DNA of 57,059 bases, counting the filler, from Sphacelaria rigidula (Eukaryota): the NCBI GenBank assembly GCA_964200075.2. It is 7 parts of 7 records of this genome, joined end to end, with 100 filler letters (N's around TTAATTAATTAA, not from the genome) between each part and the next. Parts side by side here need not be neighbours in the genome. Positions count along the whole stretch, not along the records: positions 1 to 8,067 come from CAXNAA020012422.1; positions 8,168 to 16,233 come from CAXNAA020012423.1; 5 more parts are not named here. One strand, written 5' to 3'. The notes below the pieces were generated by a model that worked only from the letters and a program-made list of their open reading frames with translations, did not search any database and had not been told where the DNA came from. Made by a program: the position numbers and the translations under genes. Below, piece by piece: positions 1 through 11,169 of the stretch (its first letter is position 1; the number at the start of each line of letters is the position of its first letter).

Positions 1-327
1 CTTGTCCCCTGGTCATCATCCAGGATCCTACACATGCTACATCTACTACGCCTTGGTGTATTTTGGCTACAGCGTTGACAATCGCGGGGAAGGAGCTCGA
101 TCCAACTGATTGGAAACTACATGATCCGATGTGGTCAAGTTCAAACGAGCAACACCTGAGTCAGCTGAAAAAGGCTTGCTACTACCTGTGTGTGCAGTCG
201 CCGAGGGAAGCCTTTGCCCCAGGGACTGGCGGTTGGTCCTCCCACCCCTCAGACTTATACTCGGCACTGAAGGACCGAGTTCAGGGCCGGGTGTAGGTCT
301 GAGTCGCGGGGTGACACAACTGTTACG

Positions 328-680
328 CGGTGTGTGGAGGGGTGAAAACGGGGGTCGATTTGAACGGTCGTCAGTTGCGCTCCTGCATAGTGCCGGGAGA
401 GCCGGGCGAACAATCCTAGTCGCGGGCTCTGCGGGCTGTGTTGAAAAGTGTGTGGAGGGGTGAAAACGGGGGTCGATTTGAATGGCCGTCTGCTACGCTC
501 CTGGGAAATGCCGGGGGAGTCGGGTGAGCAATCTCAGTCACGGACTCCGCGGACTGTGTTGAAAAGTGGGTGGAGGTTGGAGACGGGGGTCGAGTTGAGC
601 GGCCGTTCGTAACGCTCGTTGATAGTGCCGTGGGAGTCGGGTGAGCAATCTTAGTCACGGACTTCGCGGGCTGTGTTGAA
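328..680. repeat. About 3 copies of a ~117-118 bp tandem repeat inside the retroelement
   Basis: gtgtgtggagggg...acgggggtcga recurs at 330, 448 and 566; minus strand reads TKIAHPTPTA / TEIAHPTPPA. Confidence 0.85.
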
Positions 681-739
681 ATAATCTTCGCTAATGCTGT
701 CGGCGGCGCGGAAGACCGTAGAACGCCGGTGTCGGCATG

Positions 740-3700
740 TCATGGGTCTATGCGATCCGTAGTGAAGATACCAGGGTTTCTGGTGTTGGGGTTTGAGTTT
801 TTTGTCGGTCCCGTCCGCTGATATCTATCAGCGGATCGTTTGTTGTTGCGACAATCATGATCGTTCTGGCGAGGGCTTGCATTATTGGTGTTTTGTCGGC
901 GACCGCGATTAGAGCTTTTGTTGCCTCGTTGATTCGAATTATTACGATAATTTCGATTTGGTGGGCGATAGTCGCGCATGCATTTTTGCCATCGGCGCCA
1001 CGCCGTTTCATTGTCCTGCAATTCAGGGTTCATGAGATCAAAGGCATTGATGCATGGACTGTCGCAGTCGCGCATACCGTGGTCTTGAACACTACAGTTG
1101 ATGCAACTGTTGGCATGACTGCTGAAGGCGTTGCGTCTAGCAGGAGATGAAAGAAGTGGGTTACACAAATGGGGATGATCTGTAATGAAAGCTGTTATTG
1201 AAGTCAAATAAACATCATCCCAGGTTTCTTCGGAGAACGGCCAACCATCAAAACTCGCAGTGAATGCATCTCTGTTACTTTGAACATGTATAACTGAACC
1301 GGCGACCGAGTCGGGGGTCCATGAAGCGCGACATGAACTCGAACTCCTGCCGCGAGACCCTTGGGTATCAGCGGAGGACACAACCGTAGGTTGTGAACGC
1401 AGAGGCGTAGAAGGTTTGCCACGTATGGCGGGCGTTAGATGAAGGCGTAAGGCACCTCGCGATGCGTCAAGACACCCGGAAACAACGACGGCATCAGAGT
1501 CGGATACTGTTGAGCAACGCTATTGCGAACGTAAGTCTGACACATTGCGTCGCTCGGTCCGTTTTGGCGTCCGACACCCGTAGTACCGGAGACTCAAAGC
1601 GTATTTTCGTGGAGGTAACCCGCGAAAGGGACATCCAATGCGACAACAAAAGAACTCAGCCTCTGGATAGTACTCGTTTGGTCACTTTTATCAAAGTAGC
1701 CTATGATACGCCTTTCCAGATGAAAGAGTAATACCGGGCCTGTCTTCCCCTTGAAACGATCCGGATCCATTTCGGCGAGGAAGCCGTCGATGATCTGCGT
1801 TAAAGAAGCAGCAGTGTCGGGAGAGCGGTGGTAGATGGATCTATGAAACGCTTCATGCGAAGGGATCTACCAGCCCTGTACCTAGTCGGGATCTTCGAAA
1901 CGTTGAAGGCCAGTTGCCTCCGCCAAGTGAAGGATGTTGCGAACAGTACGGCGAATGGATGTGATGGGGGCAGAAGTAAACTGTCCCGAATCTTCGTTAT
2001 CTGCAGCAGGCATGTTTTTGATATGCCAAAGCTTTTTTACATCCATCTGAATCTACCGCCCCTGTATTGCAGCTACTCGGGCAGACTCGACTCTATCGGA
2101 AGCTGCTTTTTTACTAGCTTCGAAACGTTCTTTGTCAGCCGCAGCGGCTGCTAAGACGCGGGCTGCAGTAGAAGACAATGGACGGTCTGGTGTGTCCGCG
2201 TCGGATAAACCTAAGATGCGACCCGAAACATCGGCCGATTCAGGTATCACTTGCCTTGGTGTCACCGAAGCCGAGGGGGGCAGGTCTGTGCTAGACCGGT
2301 TCCAACCTGTCGCGGAAAATTCGGAAGAATTGCCTCCTGTTTTCTTCCGGGTTGGGCTGCGGTTATCATGGACCGGGCGGTTCGGTCCGGAACCGCCCGA
2401 GGAGGATCCTCCGCCGCCATGGCGGCGGCGTGAGCCTCCTCCACCGTTGTCGTCGTCATCCTGCCGGCGGTTCTTCTTCGTTCCCCAGCAGTTGGCACTC
2501 GTGGGAGTCCAATGATCGTCATCCTGGCCATCGTCGGCGATGGTGGCGTCGAGATCAGAGTTGTAAGTGGCGCGTAGCGCCGCAAAATGATCGGTGACAG
2601 TTTCCACGTAATGAGGTTGGTCAGGGCTGGAGCCAATGGTCATATGAAGTACCAGTTGGCCCAGGGTGAGGGACGGCATGCCGTCGTCAGGGAAGAATCC
2701 GCCCTGGTCCACGTAAAGGCCAACGACGTGGTGTAGACGTTGGGACACTAGGTTCCAAGCCTGGCGGGAGCAGTGTAGGTGATTGATCTTGTGAAAGGGG
2801 CTGGTGTAGTCGGCCGCGGAACGAGTAAGCCACAGTCGTTCGTGGTGGGTGAGTTGCAGACCTGGTGTCGGGCCGGCAGCGGCGGTCGAGGCCGTTGCTC
2901 GTAGCGGGGGTGTTGGGGCCATCTTGGGGACGGCGATGGCCGCAGCATAAGCTGGTTGGTCAATTATTACGTGGGGTTGTGTAAGTTGACGGATTGGTCT
3001 TGGACTGGGCCGTGTGAGCCGAAGGGTGATGAGGAGGGTGACCATTGCGCAGATTTCCGACGGACGGCGGAGAGGCCTGATGGTTGGTCAGGTGGGCCAC
3101 CGACGTAGCCGCGTCGTGAGCGGTCCGTCGGACATGGTCCTCTAGGTCCCGCACCCGTCTCTGGGCCGCCATGGCAGCAGTGCGACCTTCCTGAAGAGCA
3201 CGTTGGGCAGCGGAGTTCGTCGTTTGGGCGTGTGAGGCCTGCTGCTGAAGATCTCGTTGCTTGTCAGCATGTTCCTTCGCTAGGAGGCGTGCAGCAGCGA
3301 CGTCAGCCTCACGTTGTTGATCTAGGATGTCCTTGGCAAGCGCTGTTGCTTGCGAGGCGTGATCCTCGATGAGGGTCAGCTGTTCAGCGCGGGGGCGATT
3401 CCTGAATAGCCTCAAGAGGAGGCCAGTCGGGCAGTGTTCGTCACCGAGCGGAGGGAGATCCTCCACAGACAGAGGCGGGGACACGGGGGCATCCGTGACG
3501 GGATCAGTTGTTAGGCCAGTATCAGCGTCGGTATCGACGGCAGACGGCGCGGCAACGGTGGTGGGAGCCGTGGCTGTAGTCGTTGTGGCGGGAGGCGCAG
3601 CGGTCGTGGCAGCTGCGGCGGCGGTAACTCCTTTGTTCTCCATAGTGGTCTTGATGAGTCTTCGCTTGAGATCTGCGAGTTGTTGTTGCAGAGAGCGAAG

Positions 3701-5126
3701 CGTCAGAACGAAACGGGGGTTCGCGGCCAGTGCTGGTTCGTCGGTTGTGTGATGAATTACGGCTGGATCCATCTATTGAGGATTCAAGAGCCGGTGACAT
3801 GTCCGAAAATATATTCTGGATGTTGGCAGCATGTACAGTATTATCATTGCGTAAATGACGGCGGCGTGATCGAGGCGAAGCAAGAGGGGTGCGCGCGGTT
3901 GCATGATCGGCGTTCTTCGAGCGCGAGTGAACGCGCGATGAGTTGGAACTGTGCCGCGAACTATCCTCGTGAGGGCGGTCATGATCGGCATTCACCGGGC
4001 GCTTCGGAACGCGCGATGAGTTGGAACTGTGCCGTGAACTACTTTCATATTTGCGGCCATGAGCGACATTCTTCGGACGTGTGAAAACGCGTGATGAATT
4101 CAAGCTGTGCCGAGAGTTGTCCTTGGAACTGCCAGCACGGGTGACGTGGTCGTGACCAACTGTCGGTGCGCGGCGCTGTTCAGGAGCGCGAGCAAGGCTT
4201 TGGTTCGAAGTAGAGGAGGGGCTGGACTCGTGTTCATTGAAACTCTCATGAGAGACGAACGGAGAATGCGGTGTCGCCGATCGGGGCGCCATACGTACGG
4301 GTTCGGGTGCGGTAGGTGCAGAGTCATCATTGAATTACACGTGAGCAGAGGCCGGTTGGTCTTGGAGTGCGGCCTGGCAAAAAGCCGTAAATGCCTCGAT
4401 TAGAGCTGGGACTGGCGTGTACGCCGACGCCGAAGGGCGAGGCAAATTCTGCAGGGCAGAATGCATGGCCGCGACTGCTGGTCCGATATTGGACTGCGAA
4501 GCAGGGCGCATTGGACTGCCGAGAGTCGTGCGATTGGGGTCCGTAACGGAAGCAACCCGCGTGACAAAATCTTTTGCTCCAGAAGCGATACCCTTCGTCG
4601 ACACTGAGTCGTCTTGAGAGTTGTCAACCGTCGTTCGACGGGGTGCCACGGTTGAAGCAACCGTTACAGGGCCATGCTAGACACGTGTGTCCAGGGGCAA
4701 CGACTCAGCTGGGGGCACATTCCTGTCTTCGGATTCCATACCGGGATCCGGAAGAACAGGCCGCACCGAGGGAGGTGCTACGGAATCCACCGTTATGGGT
4801 TTACTGACATGTCTGTCAGGAGCCAATGACTCAGCCGGTGGCACAGTCCTGTTCTCTGAGTTCGAATCGGTACTGGAAAGAACAGGTCACGGCGTCATAG
4901 TCTCTTCTTCAAGTCCCGAAGGATGAGCAGCGCTCGAAAGTTGGTCTTCAAATCCCAAAGATCGAGCAGCGCTCGCGTACGTCCGTCGAGTAGTCGAAGG
5001 TGACGCACTACGGATATCAAAAGATTTCGAACCGCCAGTAGTTTGGCTCCGTGTCGGGCAAAGTGGTTACTTTCCCAATTGAGGGAAAGAGTCGGCGTTA
5101 TTTTCGTGCTACATGGACTTAGTCAT
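740..5126 (-). pseudogene. gag: Disrupted, very long gag-like ORF with CCHC zinc knuckle
   Basis: CINCSVQDHGMRDC (CX2CX4HX4C) in ORF 740..1381. Hand translation of ~1400-2050 (LSSFVVALDVPFAGYLHE..VSGTTGVGRQNGPSDAMCQTYVRNSVAQQYPTL) aligns with contig-6 gag (LVNFTVEACTTFATYLAE..VANVQSVGRELAPENGSIQSAIKNGIDDQFPNI). Chained ORFs 4335..4649, 3522..4292, 2960..3772, 2053..3045; candidate ATG at 5126; several stops and frameshifts. Confidence 0.75.
3880..4130. repeat. 3 copies of a 78-bp (26-aa) coding tandem repeat in the gag extension
   Basis: atgagttggaactgtgccg at 3938 and 4016, variant at 4094; encodes SSRHSSNSSRV units on the minus strand. Confidence 0.85.
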
Positions 5127-7384
5127 ACGCAACTTGTGTGCGTAGAAAAGTGGGAGCAGTGTGTTGTCGTCGGGCTCTAATCAAAGGAGCGTGACGCCAA
5201 GAAAGGCTAGGTGCGACGGCCGAAGCTTGTATCTAGAAATACGGGATAAATGAACCCTAATTGCGCCTGGGGGAACCTTCGCTGGGAACCAGAGGAACTC
5301 GAGTATTGTTAGTCAAGCTAATTGCTGTACGTAACAACAATGTCGGAGGTCTGATCTAATACAACTATCTAAGTTGTGGCGGTGATAGCTAGCAACGGAA
5401 GCTCGCGATCGCGCACAGAATAGACGCGCGGCGTCGAAAAATGCACATATCCAAAAGACTGTAGCGGCGTTGGTACCTGAACGTAGTGTACGCAACTTAC
5501 ACGTTTCTCCGGTGTCGGCGTCAAGGGCAGGCCACAACTGTATTATCCCAGCACAAGCTGAGAAACGACTGGCGGTACTCAGAAAAAATTTAATGGGCAC
5601 CGAAGGGTCGTGCGGCGTAGGGCAGCACAAACATTCCACAAAAGCTTGGAATGGGGACCGTAGGATCGGGTGGCGTAGTGCGGCACGAAGGCTTGTCACA
5701 CAACGGAGTGGTGACAACGTACGTATATAGAACAAAGTTAAAGTAGGGCGCAGCAAGGGCAACGCTGAGGGCGTGTCCCGAAAAAGAGGCACACAGCCAA
5801 TGGGCGTGTCCGAAATCGACGTACACAGTCAATGGGTACTGGTTTTGAGTGCCGTGTGTTCCAAGTGAGCAGGTAACGTAGGTCTGGAATTCACAATGCA
5901 GCGTGTCAATTAGAGCGTAGTTTTGGAAATTTCCACAATAACTGAGTTGTGGGGGGGAACAACTAGCGACCGGTAGGTTGGGATGTTAAAGGCGCGTATT
6001 GTCGCGAACGGAACGGTCTCGGAATAAACAGTTATTTTTGGCCGAGAGGGGCTCAATGATAACATCTCACAGTCGGTTAGGCTGTGTATTGTTAATTATC
6101 GCGATGATGTACGGCGCCGCTCTGCAGATGTGCGAAGCACACTAGAAGAGAACAACAACATAACAAACTAGCTGCGATTAACGTATATCGCGACGCAGCG
6201 ATCGTGCCAAAACGGGTACAAATCTCGTGTACAGATGTCCGTGGTCACCTGTCAGGGAAGCACGGATTGTGTTACGCAACGACCCATGAACGAAAAAGGT
6301 GCAAAGGGCCATGTACAATCGATACTGATGTGAAAGCGGCAGTTAGCTGGCTTGGCAAAGGCTCAAGTCAGAAACAGCAGTTGGCTGTGAGCAACGATGC
6401 ACCCTGTGCAGCGTTGTTCTGTAACAAACCTGTAGTAGAAACGTTGTCCTGTCAGAAAAGAGGGGGCAACAAGCCCAAGTACGCGAGCCAGTGATGGCTG
6501 GGCGTGTGACCGTGCTGTACTGAACGGCCAGGGAAGGTTGCGCTGTGCAGGTAGCACACACGACAAGTGAGAAGTGCAGGTGCGTATTTCCCAAAATACA
6601 CAATAACACAGCAAAGCGGGGCTGGCGTGCGATACGCGTTGACCCAGCGTGGCACAAGGCGTGTAGTCAAACGCTGCTGTTACAGATTGCAACAGCCCAA
6701 AGAAAACCAAGTTTGAAGCAACTGAACAATGTAGTATCCAACTACGGTACCGCGAAGGAACAAGGTAGTATCCAACTACGGCACAGGGTGCGTCAAGAAG
6801 TCAACCTGGTGAATAGCAAACCATACAATCGATAACCTGTGGGACAAAATGGGGATCATGTTTAGTGACACCAAAGTAATAACCCTGCTACCAGAATGCT
6901 ATAAAAAAGTACCCGGGATTAGCTAAACCAAACCAAATTGCGGACACTCCACTCGGAAACATACCGTCGTTGGCAAGCCGTTTAGTGTTTCCGTCATTGG
7001 CAAACCGTTCAGTGTTTCCTGCGTGTCCTCCCCAACGCAATCACGTTCAACGCCGGTTCCCTCATCGGGATGCGACACACCCAGGACAAAAATGTAGCTG
7101 AAACAAGGGCGGAAGTAATAGTGGGCATGGTTAGTATACGTTGGAAGTCTCGGGGTACATTAAAATATGGGTCGGTTTTATACCACGTGACGCAGATCGA
7201 AATGTCCTGGGCCGGGTGGTAAACTCGGTGTTTCGGCGTTGCGGCGTTGCGAACCAGATAGATGAAAGGACCAGAAGCGCAATACTGCTCAAGCGTGATG
7301 AGTACAGGCAGCGCAACAGACAGGGCCCTGCGGATAGCCTAGACCCGCACGATCAAAAGAAAAACATCACGAGCGCCAAACACA

Positions 7385-7550
7385 ATGCAAAATTACCAGA
7401 ACATGAAATGAAAAATAGTGCAGCTCTACAGAGCAAGACGGCGGCGGCGCAAATGATGAGACAATCAAAATAAAATGCGAAATTCCCAGAACATGAAATA
7501 TAAAATAGTGCAGCTCTACAGAGCAAGACGACGGCGGCGCAAAATTATAG
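7385..7550. repeat. Two-copy 90-bp direct repeat
   Basis: aatt(a/c)ccagaacatgaaat...aaatagtgcagctctacagagcaagacg(g/a)cggcggcgcaaa at 7391 and 7481. Confidence 0.9.
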
Positions 7551-7591
7551 AACACTAAAAATACAATCGGGTGGCTCAAAATACAGGTACG

Positions 7592-7849
7592 GAGCAATGC
7601 TACGGTAGGGGTGCACTTTTTTCGCGAAATTTTGTCTGGTTCAGGGGCTCCTAACGATTCTAGATGCACAAGAATATCGGTCAGGGCATCCCCGTTGCAG
7701 ATTTAATCGGAATATCCCCAGCACGTCGGAATGGTAATCCTGGCGTACTCTCTCGCATTTTTTCATAAGTCGTGTTTTGGATGAGATAAGGGGCTCCTAA
7801 CAATTTCAGCCTCAGAAATTATTTCTGTACCCCTATCGTAGCATCACTC
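7592..7849. mobile_element. 258-bp MITE, Sola-like (GAG...CTC termini, 4-bp TSD TACG)
   Basis: TIR gagcaatgctacggtaggggtgcac / gtacccctatcgtagcatcactc; TACG at 7588-7591 and 7850-7853; homologous copy of equal length at 51537-51794. Confidence 0.85.
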
Positions 7850-8067
7850 TACGGTAGACACGACACCCGGAGATGCAGAAAATATGAGTATGTAAGATGA
7901 AAGAAAAACAAACTAGACCGAAGGAAATTGGAAGCTTTCCCGCGCGTTCATTTCACAAGTCCCCATGGTCAAAATAAAAATGCAACATACTCGTAGCCCA
8001 AAATGGTGCCAAGCCTTTGCGTTTATCATGTAGGATTCTGGATGATGATTATGTGATAGGGTACACT

Positions 8068-8167
8068 NNNNNNNNNNNNNNNNNNNNNNNNNNNNNNNNN
8101 NNNNNNNNNNNTTAATTAATTAANNNNNNNNNNNNNNNNNNNNNNNNNNNNNNNNNNNNNNNNNNNN
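8068..8167. other. Artificial contig-joining linker 1 (N44-TTAATTAATTAA-N44)
   Basis: 100 nt; the same spacer occurs six times; TTAATTAATTAA gives stops in all six frames. Confidence 0.98.
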
Positions 8168-8255
8168 ATCTTACATGTCTAGCTTTCGGGTTTTATTTTT
8201 GTCTTGCGTTTGTTATGATATGATGGGGGAGAATCTCTGTTATTTTCCGCGATTC

Positions 8256-8925
8256 CATGTCCATTTCCGGGCTGTGTTAGAGTAGGTTAAATAGAAAGGA
8301 GGGTTAGCTTCTCTATGTCATGTCTGTGTCCGGGCTGTGTTTTAGTATGTTAAATAAAATGAGAGTTAGCTGATCTATTCCATGTCTATGTCCGGGCTGT
8401 ATTACAGTAGGTTAAATAAAAAGGAGGGTTAGCTTCTGTATTTCATGTCTATATCCGGACTGTGTTATGGTAGGGTAAATATAAAGGAGGGTTCGCTTAT
8501 CTATTCCATGTCGATGTCCGGGCTGTGTTGGAGTAGGTTAAGTAAAAAGGAAGGTTCGCTTCTCTATTTCATGTCTATGTCCGGGCTGTGTTATCGTAGG
8601 GTAAATATAAAGGAGGGTTCGCTTATCTCTTTCATGTCTATGTCCGGGCTGTGTTACAGTAGGTTAAATAAAAAGGAGGGTTAGCTTCTCTATTTCATGT
8701 CCATGTCCGGGCTGTGTTATCGTAGGGTAAATATAAAGGAGGGTTCGCTTCTCTCTTTCATGTCTATGTCCGGGCTGTGTTACAGTAGGTTAAATAAAAA
8801 GGAGGGTTAGCTTCTCTATTCCATGTCTTCGTCCAGGCTGTGTTATAGTAGGTTAAATAAAAAGGAGGGTTCGCTTCTCTATTTCATGTCTATATCCGGG
8901 CTGTGTTATGGTGGGATGAATAAAA
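8256..8925. repeat. 63-bp tandem satellite, ~11 copies
   Basis: catgtctatgtccgggctgtgtta..gtagg.taaata.aaaggagggtt.gctt.tctatt at 8256, 8319, 8381, 8444, 8507, 8570, 8633, 8696, 8759, 8822, 8885. Confidence 0.95.
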
Positions 8926-9089
8926 TGTGTTCCCGGGGGACACTATTGGATTGTTCATATTTCATCCTGTCGTGTATGTCGGTCCGTAACTTTTTTCTAG
9001 TGGCGGTCCCCGGTATATGTACGGTGACAGTCTGTACATTTGTCTAGGTTTTGGTGGCTTGTTTTACAGCGCCGTTGCCACTCGACGCC

Positions 9090-9230
9090 AACCCAAGAGT
9101 CTAGAGGTGACGGGGGGGAGAGACGGGTTAATCCCTTGAGACCACGGACTCGTCCCGAGGAAGTGGAGGGGTTCAAAGTGCTACAAATAATGAATAAATA
9201 GTTAAAAATAATAAAAGTGCAGAAAGTACG
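9090..9230 (+). repeat. Dispersed repeat copy 1 (possible LINE/SINE 3' end) with A-rich tail
   Basis: gggggagagacgggttaatcccttgagaccacggactcgtccc matches 13753-13800 and the reverse complement of 56100-56150; followed by aaataatgaataaatagttaaaaataataaaa. Confidence 0.65.
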
Positions 9231-11169
9231 GTGCTACGCACCTACACAATACACGTCACTGCGGAAGTAGGTAGGAAAGAAAACTCATGTTCCTTGGTCG
9301 AAGCCACAGTCGCCTTTGGACCGCACACTCCTGACCCAAAATTAAGGTGTGCAGCGCAAACCATAGCTTGCATTTCAAGACATGATATTGTACGGATATT
9401 TTAGTGATCGACGCATTTTTGTTTTTCTCTCAGGCATTCGCGCTGAAGCTACAGGCTGGTTCACGGTGATGACCCCAAATTCAGTCATCCGCGAATGTTC
9501 AAACCGATTCTTGGTGTTTCCCAAAATGTTTTCCCCGTCAGACCCCCGAGCCGATGTCGGTTACTACGATTCTTATGCATGTGGAGATTGTGCAAAAATT
9601 GGGTCGGGAATTCAAATTTTTGTTTTCAGAACAATATAAACGACGCTGATTGGTCGAGTTACCTTTTCGCCCTCAGCGCCACCTCCATGGCCTTGAACAT
9701 ACCTCCGGTGATGTCACCCTCTTCGTCTGTTCATTGCGGTCAATAGAATACCATAGGTGCGACCATGGGGTAGGTATTGCGGAAGGCATGCGCTGATGAT
9801 ACAATTTTCGGTGATTCGCGTGAGCCAACCTGTACAGCAAGCGATACCTCTGGAACCACGGCAGCTGCTGTTTCCTACTTGGGATCTTGCTACAGATTGC
9901 GTAATTCTGTGTGATTCCTTTGGATCAACTGCATAAAGCGCCGCAGAGGTCACCCTGACTGTCAATCTGAGACATGAATTCTCCGCCTTCCAAGTCTTCT
10001 GGTGTTCTTCAGCTCGCAAGGTATACGATGATTCGCGGAAGATGACTACCCAGCCTCCGCACTTCACACTATCGCTCGCATGATGGCCAAAGCTGATCTA
10101 CAACCCCCTGCAACGAAACAAAAGCCCTGCTATGCTGTACTTATTGTTCTTGTGCCACCTGAACTGTAACTTAGGTGTCCTGGACCGCCGCGTAGCCGGA
10201 GCACAAGAGGCCCTCGCAACAACTCGAGGCGGGTTGGGCACAAGGGGTGGTATGCACCGAAGTACGGACATGTTTATCCTATCTCGTCGCGCATGGACAA
10301 ACATTCAACATTCGTCCTAATATGGAGCAATACCTTGAGGTTCGCCTAGATGACACACCAAAACCCTCTTCCCTTTGCTCGAGCCGCATGGGTGATGCTG
10401 TGTTGCATGAGTCGTGTGTTGTCGGGCCTTGGCACGTGAAGCGTGATATTCATCATCCAGCTTCTCGGAAGAGGCGTTCAACATATTACTGAACTAGCGC
10501 AACAGAGTGCTATGTTCTTGAGATATTATCTGGGAAAGGACCATGCGCTACACCTCTAAAGTACCGTTCTTGAGTGCGCGAAAGTGTGCTGACAATGTCT
10601 TGACTACTCGCGCTTTACAGAAAGGCGCTACCCATTCTATATCCATCTTGACCGCACCTTCTGGAGAGTGAAGTTGGTGGCGTATGGTGCAGATACCTCT
10701 GTCTTGTCTCCGCAAAGTAATTCGATGGAGCTCTACCTGGGTATATATTGCAGGTCGGTGGGGTCCCCCATCACCGTACTTGTAGTTGCACGAAGAAAGT
10801 ACTGTCCGTTGCACTGCATACCCAATGAGATGCCGCTGTTCCTTTAGATCACACTGGTCCGCTTGCACGATAATCACCGTTGTGCCGTCCACTTTGCAGC
10901 TTCAATTGTCATGAAGTGCAGCACACCCCCCCGCATGTTGACCGTGGATTTCAAATTTGGCATGTATGCGAATTCTTCTTCCATTACGGATGTGGATGCT
11001 TATCGTCGTTTTGTAACATACCCGTATCAGCTCCGAAAAAATATTCCCACCCCATTTGTTTGATCGCTGCTGCGGTCAAAGGCATCGATTTACGCTTCCC
11101 TGACCAAAACGGGTCTCGATATGTTTGACGACGTCCCTTTGTGTGCAGATCCACTACTCGTCCTTCGTG

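Larger units (their letters stand above)
1..6873 (-). mobile_element. 5' portion of a decayed LTR retrotransposon (probably Ty3/gypsy); pol would lie beyond the left edge
   Basis: Contains a gag homologous to the gag of the gypsy element at 47658-48830; possible PBS at 6865-6873; right boundary uncertain. Confidence 0.65.

Noticed and set aside
8112..8123. TTAATTAATTAA recurring every ~8.17 kb as a biological periodic motif
   Set aside because: Always embedded in N runs; it is an assembly linker
8256..8925. 63-bp (and 29-, 41-, 42-bp) arrays as CRISPR arrays or repeat proteins
   Set aside because: Head-to-tail units with no unique spacers, no cas genes, eukaryotic context; frames contain stops
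9380..11100. Decayed minus-strand coding sequence (LINE?) upstream of the PPR gene
   Set aside because: Some protein-like stretches, but I could not identify any RT or endonuclease motif
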